Assembly: GCF_037042905.1 (NCBI RefSeq)
Contig: NC_087249.1
Span: 15,872,001-15,936,000 of the forward strand
Direction: 5' to 3'
Source of the DNA: Lytechinus pictus
Taxonomy: Eukaryota
Length of the DNA stretch: 64,000 nucleotides
Positions within the stretch are counted from its first letter, which is position 1. Each line of letters starts with the position of its first letter. The notes beneath the pieces were generated by a model. That model did not search any database and was not told the origin of the DNA. It saw only the letters and a list, made by a program, of their open reading frames with translations. The translations under genes and the position numbers were made by a program. Positions 42,201 through 53,910 of the stretch are shown piece after piece.

Positions 42201-45200
42201 TATACCTTAATCATGAAGAACACGTATAACTTAGCTAGTAAAATTGATCTGAAGATATCTTTTACCTTTTTAAACTTGTTTCCTTGCCCAAAACACTTCG
42301 AAGGGTGCATTGCGCCCCACCCCACTCCCCCACACACGGAGGCCATCGTGACGATATTTGCTTTACACTGAGCTGTGATTTACATGAAATGGCTTAGGCT
42401 TGATTTTCATTTTGTTAATCATTGTCAAGCTTTGAAAAAGTGCGGAGAAACAAGTATTAAATGAAAAATGAAATGTAAACCCACTTCAAATGATAAAAAC
42501 TTAGTGAAAAAATGCTGGAGATGTCTGATATAAACTTTTGTTCAGATTCAGTTATGTCCTCAGATCCGGCTGGTACGAAAAGGGTAAAGGTCGTGCTTAC
42601 TAAGTGTTGAAATTTCAATTTGGGTGGCAAAATTGTTACAAAATGCTTGAATGTATCCGTTTTATTTCAATTGACTAAAATTGCAAGGGCAATGTATGAG
42701 AAATGTTTCGCAGGGTAAGTTTGATTTCGCCCTTTCCCCTTGACACAGCGTGAAAACGAGCATTTCTGCGCAAACAGATTTCTGCGAGCTTTACAAAAAC
42801 GGACAGTGCTCACTCAAGTGTAACATTCTGTCAAAACTTTTACTTTCATTTGATAGATAAGACCCAAAACCAAGATTATATGTGACAAAATTACCCACAT
42901 GTTGTATATTTTTTAATTCCCAGGGTTTTTTCAAAGTGTAAACTTTTTTTTGATACGCACTGTATAGTCCCTTTAATCTTTTTCTTTGCTGTATTTATTT
43001 GCATTAGTTTGCATAAAGCCTAAATTATTCAGGAATCCAAACCAACCTTGCAAGTATAAGTATATACTTTTCCTCAGTAAATGCCTATACTGATCTTATC
43101 ATCGCCCGGAGGGGGGGGGGGCAAAGTGTAAATTATAGTCGTCCATAGATTGAAAAATTACCTAAAACAACAACAAGAAATGGTTTCTTCGATCAATCTC
43201 AGGGTACTCTAAACGTTGGTAACGTTTCCCTGCCCATACAATTTCTCATATTATATTTTCATGACTAATACCCTTTTTAAGACCATGAGATCAATCGTAT
43301 TGAAAAGTTTACTTTTATACCCCTTATTTTGTCAATTGTATACCTTTAATGGACAAGCATGGTGTCAACTTCTAATGACGGTGGGAGCTCCCGTCTCCCG
43401 TACAAACTGTAACATTAAATGGGAGGTAAGATAATTGCCACCTCAGTAAAATATTATATTTTAAAATGTCCAAAGAATAATGGCTCCGTTTTATCCATAC
43501 AACCCTAAGAAGAATGGAATGGGGAGATGGGGAAAAACAGGAAAAGAAAATTAGTTGACAACCAACTTGCAAATATTAATATTTATTAAAGAAAAAAATC
43601 TTACTCTCGCATCCGATTTGGTCAGATAGAAGACCGTTTGCCATGCAATAAACTGTTGAATTCCCGACGAGATTATATCCAGTTGGGCAGCTAAAATCGC
43701 ATTCTGTATTCTCAGTAATTTTCGTTCCTGCCGGACATGCACTGTTAATATTGGTTAGTGGGGATATGTAGTCAACTTCACAGAGAACTGGGAGAAAAGT
43801 TTAACGAAATATGATTTAATATCGAAAAAAAATCTTACTTAACATGACTCTACTCAATCCATTCTTTGCTCAAGTTTTGAGCACAGATAGAATAGTACGA
43901 TTAAAATTAATTGACCCGTTAAAAAAGGGTTGCCATCAAACACATATCAAACATTCAAACAGGACTTTATTTTCAAATAATGAAACAAGCGTATTTGAGT
44001 CTTTCGCTTGATCTTTTGTAACGGTCCGATTTCTAGTTAAATTCGAAGGTACCGATGTTCAAGGCAAATGGATGAGGGAAAAACTGATCTTAATCTTACG
44101 TCAGGACGGGTCTGCTATAAAATGTGTAGATCTATTTATGAGGGGAAAAACAGTCGTTCCAGTTACACTTACTGGCAGAGGCGTCGATCCTGGGGGGGGG
44201 CAGGGGGGCGATCGCCCCACCAATGAAAATATTGGGGGGCAAACATATCGTTTTGCCCCCCCAATAATTCCGCATGTGTAAAAAATAAAATAAGATTGTA
44301 ATGTTACACATAAATCAGCAAGCGAGATCGAAATACACAATTCGTTCTTTATTTAAAATCATGCTCAAAATGTCCGCTTTTCAGATTGGAATATAAAAAT
44401 TTTCAGCTCGCGCTTCGCGCTCGCATCATTTCTGTAGCAAAAACCCATACTTTTCATGATTAATAGGTGAATAGAATGTCCCGTTTTCAGTTCTAAGCCT
44501 CAAAATAACTCGCGGTTCGATTTGCAATAATCTTTTGTTGGATATATATCTTGTTCTTAATTAAAAACGTCCATTAATCTCAATTTTTTTCTGATCAAAA
44601 TATCATAATTTTCAGCTCGCGCTTCGCGCTCGCATCTATTGTTTTTTAGATACCCATCTTAATCATTGGTACCAAAAATGCATAGAATATCAAGCTTACA
44701 GGTCAGAATATAAAGAAATTTCACCTCCGGCTCTCGGCACTTGCATTATCTGTGTAGTGAGATATGTATCCTCATGACAAACAGTCCTAAACAGGCACCT
44801 TTTTCCTGTTATCAGATCAGTATACAAAAAAATTTCAGCTCGCGCTTCGCGCTCGCATTAATTTGATGTTGAGATTTGTGNNNNNNNNNNNNNNNNNNNN
44901 NNNNNNNNNNNNNNNNNNNNNNNNNNNNNNNNNNNNNNNNNNNNNNNNNNNNNNNNNNNNNNNNNNNNNNNNNNNNNNNNNNNNNNNNNNNNNNNNNNNN
45001 NNNNNNNNNNNNNNNNNNNNNNNNNNNNNNNNTTGTGTGATCGAGCGCCTTTGGAAAGTTGATTAATGATTTTGCCCCCCCCCCCCCAATCTGAAAAATG
45101 GATCGACGCCCCTGCTTACTGGTACAATGCGGAAGGGATCCGGTAAGTTGTCCACCAACTCCACATCTTGCAATATCGTCACCTTCAAGAAGATATCCCT

Positions 45201-48200
45201 CAGCACATCCAAACCTACACTCAGTCGGCCAATCAACATTAGATTTCGAGTCACATGATCCGTTCAGAGGCAAAGTATATTCCCAAACAGGACATATGAT
45301 AACTGGAAATAATACGAAAGAAATGAGCATATCCAATTATTTGAATGTTCTCTTATGGTTAGGAGCATTGTAGATGGGCAATTCCATAAAATCAGGGGCG
45401 TAAATTAAAACGTCGATTCATCTTTAAATGCAGTCAAAGTGCTTAAATTGCCCAATTTTGCATTCTAAAAATGCAAACTTTCTTGTGTGTTCGCTCCGCT
45501 CCCGCGCTCAATGTAATCTTACAGGATTTTGGCCATGACAAATCCCTACGTTTAGCATATTGCAAATATTATATCCCCTTCATCATGAAAGTATGGTTAT
45601 AATACGTCCATGTACAAATTGTAAGATATCAATAACTTTTAAATATAGTTTGATCATAAACCAACTAAAACATCCTTTGAATACACTAGCGTGAATGTAG
45701 GGGGTCATACTAACCTAGCATCTTTGTGGATGCGGGGGATAATCTGTACAAAAAAATATCGGTATACTTTATACTTCCAGTTAAGAGTAGGCCTACGATG
45801 AGTTACTGATAACATTGACCAAATTAATACCGTTAATGAACACAGAGGCAAGTTAGGACAGCAATATTTCCCTCACACTTTACAGTTTTATCTGTTTATA
45901 GGAGGGTTTAAATCACATTAATCCCATAACAATCTAATAAATATTTCAAACATGATTTTTCCCCAATATTTTTATTGTTGCATCACCTCCCAATATAATC
46001 TTTAACCACATTTAACCGGTGAGCAAATGAGTTTTCATTGAACAAAATATGGACCGTTCAATACCTATTTGCTCTTTTTATTTCCTTTTCCTTTTCTTAT
46101 GTAGTTTAATTTATTGATAATCTACCTTGATCATATTCTGTAATTATATGCACACCATTTTGAAAGACTGAAGCAATTTTTCAAGGCTCGCCGACTTCGC
46201 TCACTCGAAGCATTTCTTCCATCATTACACACCCCTTGAAAGACGATTTTGGTCATCATTCTTTATTCCAACATTGAGAATTTGCTCGCTCGCATATTTA
46301 CTGTAATTCATATTTTATATCTTAACAAATCCATTACAATATAGCCTTCGAACAAATTCATGATAGGCTTTTAACTGAAAGATATAATGTACACATTTAC
46401 AGTATGTACACATACGTATACACTGCCCGTGATGTGATAATTACCCCGTGATCACTTAAAAGAGGTTTTTGGGCATCATTTTGTCTTCCAACTACTGAAA
46501 ATCTGCTCGCTCGCTTCGCTCGCATATTGATATTAATTGTAAATCATTGCTTTATAGCTATAACAAATCTTTATAGGCTTTTAACTGAAATATGGGGGAA
46601 TTATGTATATGGTCATAAACCACCGTATACACGTACACAGCCCTTGGTGTGGGGGTGTCCCCAAAATTTTGAATTTTCAGATCAATATATTGCTATCATC
46701 CACTGCCCCCACCCCCCCCCCCCCCCCCCCACTGCTCGGACCGGATTTACGCTAGTGCATTATGTACGTCCGACCACCTATATGTGGGACCTTCATGATT
46801 TTTTTTTTTGTCTCTGATTTCTTGTTCTTTTGACAGTCTGTAATTCCCCTAAATGACCATGACCTGGTCAGTTTATGAAGTGAAGTAAAACTTGAGAAAA
46901 ATGGGGGTCGGACGTACAAAAAAGTTGATAACTTTATGGGACTGCCCTCGTACATGTTGAGTTCGTTATGCTCTTGTACTTCAATCAAGATATTTTATTT
47001 CAACATACGTATGGCGGCCTAACCAATAAAAAACAAATCATTCCGCTCATCAAATTATACATATTTGCAAAAATAGAGAGGGAATAGAAGCGTGACCGCC
47101 TTACTAGTACAACTTTGGAAGTGATCCGTTGAACCGTCCACCCAGACCACACATTACAATATCACCCCCTTCAAGGACATATCCCGGTGCACACTCAAAC
47201 CTACATATCGTTGGCCAATCAACACTTGAGTTTGAGTCACATGACCCGTTCAGAGGCGGAATATAGTTCCCAACAGGACAGGGAATGACTAGAAATATTT
47301 CAAAAGAAATTGTATATCCAATTATTCAATCGCTATGGTTTAGAGTCATTCCGACTCTAAACCAAAGCGATGATCTGGGCGATTTAGTTCCGATCGACCG
47401 ATACTTGAAAACAAGTATTGCTTTCTAACAATATCTAGTGAGTCAAATAAAAACTAAAACACCCACGTTGATTAGCCACAGCCCAAAACGGGACTTCGTC
47501 GTTTACTGGCAACGTAGCATACCAATCATGACGTTCTTTCCAAAAATTCGTATGGAAAATTGATGCGACTTACTTATCAAAGTACATAATCCTTAAAAAG
47601 AGTCTCAGATTCTTAACTCACTATTCAACATTTTGATCGACTTATAATGTGATTGTGTCTACCAACTAAAAACAAAGTTCATATCCACAATATTTATATT
47701 ACAAAAAATGCGTGGCTGTCTTACTGTTACAATCTGGAATTGATCCGTTGAGCTCTCCACTAAGTCCACACCTTGCAGTATCGCTTCCTTCAAAGAGATA
47801 CCCTTCAGCACATTCAAACCTGCACTCCAATGACCAATCAACACTAGAGTTCGAGTCACACGACCCAGTCAGCGGCCAAGTATAGTCCCAAACAGGACAG
47901 ATGATAACTGGCAAGAAGAAATGGCAGCATATCCACTCATGTTAACGTAGTGTTTAAAGTGGTAATTTCACTTTGTTCTGATTTAAAAAAAAATTATTTT
48001 GGTTCTTAAAAATGGGCTAAACATTAGGCTTGTAGTGTAAAATACCATCCCAAAAGTTTCAAGGGATCATAATATCTACACGAACAATTTTTAAATCTTG
48101 GATATGTAAACCAAAGTTTGAAAATAATTTAGGGTTGGTTTCAATGACTATACAGCGAATCTGTGCACTTCAACGCATTAACTCTAGATTAACACAGCAC

Positions 48201-51200
48201 GAACTACATACAGCGTGTACAAGATATACATTGAATGTCTAGTGCAGCTAACAATAGTGTGGTATAGGAGATACACACAGCAGAAGGCAGTCGACGCAGC
48301 CAACGGACTCTTTGGAATTGGAGAAAATTGGTCATACGCCAAACCCGTCTACGAGACGGTTCTCAAAATCAGGCTTATAAATTGCCTCTTGTATCTAAAT
48401 CATAGTTTTTCATCCTATATTGTGGTCTGCTTCAGGGTTTTTGAGGACAAATACAGGCATTCATACACATGTTTCGTCTTAGTTTGAGAATTTTTTAAAT
48501 CGTCTGCTCACAAAGTGAAACGATCCCTTTAATTGACTGACACAAAATATTTGTTTCATGAAAATCTGGCACGCCAAATAACACCAGGACCACTTTCGAT
48601 TAACTCAAGCCCAAAAATATGGCTTACTTACTGACAGTAATAATGTAACCTACCAATTACGTAGTCCTGAAATACGTAAAACTTGAAAAGGGCATCGTTT
48701 CCATTAATGTCAATGCCAAAGTGACATGGTATCCACTTTGAACTACATCTGCTAAAGTCTTGATTCCCGAAAGGTCCATATTCTTAATTATTCAGCATTG
48801 CTATCAAATTTTGGTACAAAATCATACACAATAATAACAATGCTCATCTTTACAATTTCATATAGATATAAAAAAAAAAAGCGTCACTGTCTTACTAGTA
48901 CAACTTGGAAGTGATCCGTTGAACTGTCCACCCAAACCACACATTACAGTATCGTCCCCTTCAAGGAGATATCCCTCTGCACACTCAAACCTACATTCCG
49001 TCGACCAATCAACACTGGAGTTCGAGTCACATGACCCGTTCAGAGGTGTAGTGTAATTTGGAACAGGACAGGTAATGACTGAAAATATCCCCCAAAAGAA
49101 ATTAAAGAATATGCAATCATTTAAACTTTGCGTTAGAGAATAATATTAATAGAGTCACTTTTACACGTGAGTTTAAAATAAAACATCTTTTTCTCAACAG
49201 ATCCAAAATCCAGATATATATAGAGTACGAGTCACTTTGAATAGCATTATTGGATGTTCTGAAACAGGACTCGATTATGTGCTGATAACGGAACTGTTCT
49301 ATCGCATATGCTTATGGTATAAAGATTGAATAAGTATTATTTCAAAAGATGCAGAAGCAAGCCGGAGTTCCGTCAGTAGCCCCAGTTCAAACTTCTCAGA
49401 GTGGCGAATTTAAGCGCACAAATTATATCTATACCCTCCCGCCTATCTTTACAATATTCCTTTTGACTAGAGAAGTATAAGCGTGTCTTCCTTACTATTA
49501 CAATATGGAAGTGATACGTTGAGCTCTCCACTAAGTCCTGAATATGAGAAATTGACAATGTAACATATCAATGGTGCAGCCCACAAATATGTAGATGAAG
49601 AGGAGCATTATTTTCATAAATGTCACTGCCGAATAAACGTGACACCCACTTTGAATTACATCAGCCAAAGACATAATTCCCGAAATAGTCCAGTTTTCTC
49701 AATAATGCAGAATTTCAATCACATTTTGATACAAAAGATTTTCCAATAACAAAAAAGTCACTTTGCAGTATCCCTATTGATAAGTGAATAAAAAGAAGGG
49801 GAACTGGCTTACTGTTACAACGCGGAAGAGATCCATTAAGTTGCCTGTCATCTCCACAACTTGCTGTATCGTCACCATCAAGGAGATATCCCTCGGCACA
49901 TTCAAACCTACACTCAGTCGACCAATCAACATTAGAGTTCGAGTCACATGATCCGTTCAGAGGCCACGTATACTCCCAAACAGGACAGGTAATAACTGGA
50001 AATATTACAAACAAAGTAAGCATATCCTATTATTCAAACATTGTCTTCTGGTTCGGGAGCATGACCATGATGATAGAATCGCTTGTAAACGTTGAGTTCG
50101 TTCTGCTCTTGCACGTGAAACAAGACGTATGTTATTCAAAAAGGAGCCAAATCCACTTAGAGCATTTTTCAGTGAATCAAATATATTATACATGTTTTCT
50201 GATGATTAAACATTTGAAAAAGGAAAGCATTCAGAACATTTCTCTATCTTGTCTAAAGAAGCACAATTGTTTAATGCGATATGGTGCATTTGATTTCCTT
50301 CTCATAAGATACAGCCATATTTACCTTTAAAAACCATTTTGGTTAGAATTGGATTATATGTTTCCTTTTCAATTAAGGTATTTGTATGCCTTCCCAATAA
50401 TAATAATAATAATAATAACAAAGACAAATACATCTGTTCATATTCACATAACACAAATACATTCGTGATTGCCTTACTTGTGCAAGTCGGAAGAGATCTG
50501 TTAAGTCGTCCACTCTCTCCGCACCTTGCATTATTGTCACCTTCAAGGATATACCCTTCATCACATTCAAACCTACACTCAGTCGACCAATCAACACTAG
50601 AGTTCGAGTCACATGATCCGTTCAGAGGCCAGGTATATTCCCAAACAGGACAGGTAATGACTGACAATGTTTCAAAATAAATGAGAATATCAAATTATTC
50701 AAACTTTGGCTAATGGTTCGGGAGCATGATAGAGTCGTTTATACATGTTGAGTTCGTTCTGCTCTTGCCCTTCAAACAAGACATTTATTTCAACAGATCT
50801 GTCTATGCCTAGGAAATAAATTTATTCGGCTCCCCCTCACATTGTTCATATTTGCAAAAATAAATAAATAACATAAATAAATAAACAAATAAAATACAAG
50901 CGTTGACTGCCTTACTGGTACAACTCGGAAGAGATCCGTTAAATTGTCCGTCATCTCCACACCTTGTAGCGTGGTCACCTTCAAGGAGATATCCCTCTGC
51001 ACATTCAAACCTACACTCAGTCGACCAATCAACACTGGAGTTTGAATCACATGACCCATTCAGAGGCGTGTTATAGTTAGGGACAGAACAGGTAATAACT
51101 GAAAATATCGCAAAAGAAATCGTTGCATATCCAATATAAAAATCTTGCGTTATAAAGTTAAGAAACATGAGTGTCGGTTATGCATAGGCGATCGTTCCGC

Positions 51201-53793
51201 ACTTGCATTTGAAACCGGATATATATCTTAACAGATCTGAAAATTAAATCAGGACCCGTTGATTAATGACAAGGATTTTATATCGTGTAGCCTTGTAATA
51301 TACTGCTTAAAAATATAGTTTTAAGAGATATTAATGCAAAAGAGCGCCACGTCATCCACTTAGTACATCGTCTAAATATCTAATCCTCAAACGGTCCCAG
51401 ATTCTCAACCAAAAATTCAGTCTTATTATCAACTTTTGATGCGTATGCCTACCCTCCAATAGCGAGGTCATCTTTGCAATGATCTTATCTATCAGAAAAT
51501 ACAAGTGCGAGTGCCTACTTGTACAAGTTGGGAGGGATCCATTGAGCCGTCCGTCATCCCCACATCGTGCAATATCGTCCCCTTCCAGACGATATCCCTC
51601 GGTACATTCAAACCTACACTCAGTCGGCCAATCAACACTAGAGTTCGAGTCACATGATCCGTTCAGAGGCCACGTATACTCCCAAACAGGACAGGTAATA
51701 ACTGGAAATATATTTTAAACAAAGTAAGCATATCCTATTATTCAAACGTTTTATTTTGGTTCGGGAGCATGATCATGATGATAGAATCGCTCATAAACGT
51801 TGAGTTCGTTCTGCTCTTGCACGTCAAACAAGACGTATGTTATTGAAAAAGGAGCTAAATCCACTTAGAGCATTTTTCAGTGAATCAAATCTATTATACA
51901 TGTTTTCTGATGTTTAAACAATTAGAATTGAAAAAGGAAAGCATTCAGAACATTACTCTATCTTGTCTAAAGAAGCACAATTGTTTAATGCGATATGGTG
52001 CATTTGATTTCCTTCTCATAAGATGCAGCCATATTTACCTTTAAAAACAATTTTGGTTAGAATTGGATTGGGTTTCCTTTTCAATTAAGGCCTTTGTAAG
52101 CCTTCCCAATAATAATAGTAATAATGATAACAAAGAAAAAAAAATCTGTTCATTTTCACATATCAAAAATACATTCGTGATTGCCGTACTTGTGCAAGTC
52201 GGAAGAGATCTGTTAAGTCGTCCACTCTCTCCGCACCTTGCATTATTGTCACCTTCAATGATATACCCTTCATCACATTCAAACCTACACTCAGTCGACC
52301 AATCAACACTAGAGTTCGAGTCACATGATCCGTTCAGAGGCCAGCTATATTCCCAAACAGGACAGGTAATGACTGACAATGTTTCAAAATAAATGAGAAT
52401 ATCAAATTATTCAAACTTTGGCTAATGGTTCGGGAGAATGATAGAGTCGCTTATTCATGTTGAGTTCGTTCTGCTCTTGCCCTTCAAACAAGACATTTAT
52501 TTCAACAGATCTGTCTATGCCTAGGAAATAAATTTATTCGGCTCACCCTCACATTGTTCATATTTGCAAAAATAAATAAATAACATAAATAAATAAACAA
52601 ATAAAATACAAGCGTGAGTGCCTTACTGGTACAACTCGGAAGAGATCCGTTAAATTGTCCGTCATCTCCACACCTTGTAGCGAGGTCACCTTCAAGGAGA
52701 TATCCCTCCGCACATTCAAACCTACACTCAGTCGACCAATCAAAACTGGAGTTTGAGTCACATGACCCATTCAGAGGCGTGTTATAGTTAGGGACAGAAC
52801 AGGTAATAACTGAAAATATCGCAAAAGAAATTGTTGCATATCCAATATTAAAATCTTGCGTTATAAAGTTAAGAAACATGAGTGTCGGTTATGCATACGC
52901 GATCGTTCCGCACTTGCATTTTAAACCGGATATATATCTCAACAGATCTGAAAATTAAATAAGGACTCGTTGATTAATGACAAGGATTTTAAATCGTGTA
53001 GCCTTGTAATATACTGCTTACGATTATAGTTTTAAGAGATATTAATGCAAAAGCGCGCCACGTCATCCACTTAGAACATCGTCTGAATATTTAAACCTCA
53101 AACGGTCCCAGATTCTCAACCAAAAATTCAGCCTTATTATCAACTTTTGATGCGTATGCCTACCCTCCAATAGCGAGGTCATCTTTGCAATGTTCTTATC
53201 TATCAGAAAATTCCTTCTTACAAGCGTGAGTGCCTTACTGGTACAACTCGGAAGAGATCCGTTAAATTGTCCGTCATCTCCACACCTTGTAGCGAGGTCA
53301 CCTTCAAGGAGATATCCCTCTGCACATTCAAACCTACACTCAGTCGACCAATCAACACTGGAGTTTGAGTCACATGACCCATTCAGAGGCGTATTATAGT
53401 TAGGGACAGAACAGGTAATAACTGAAAATATCGCAAAAGAAATTGTTGCATTTCCAATATCAAAATATTGCGTTATATAGTTATTAAAGAAACATGAGTG
53501 TCGGTTATGCATACGCGATTGTTCCGCACTTGCATTTAAAACCGGATATATATCTCAACAGATCTGAAAGTTAAAGCAGGACTCGTTGATTAATGACAAG
53601 GATTTTTCATATCTTATAGACTTGTGATCACTAGCGTACCTACGGGGGGGGGGCAGGGGGGGCACTCTCCCCCCCTAACGAGTCACAACCCATGCAAAAA
53701 CGTATCTTTGCCCCCCCTGATGGGCTTGAAAAACCTTTTTTGCCCCCCCTGACGAGCTTTAAGACCTTCAATGCCCCCTGACGAGCTTGAAGA

Positions 53794-53828
<35 letters not shown>

Positions 53829-53873
53829 TGTCAATTTTTATCTGGTACGAAATCCTTTATTTGTGACCGAAGA

Positions 53874-53910
<37 letters not shown>

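Larger units (their letters stand above)
49940..53210. repeat. Tandem segmental duplication, ~1.71-kb unit with three CCP exons
   Basis: Exon offsets of 1706, 1712 and 1711; introns align almost base for base. Confidence 0.92.

Noticed and set aside
44812-45119. ORF extension through the N gap
   Set aside because: Read-through past the donor into a transposon and Ns.
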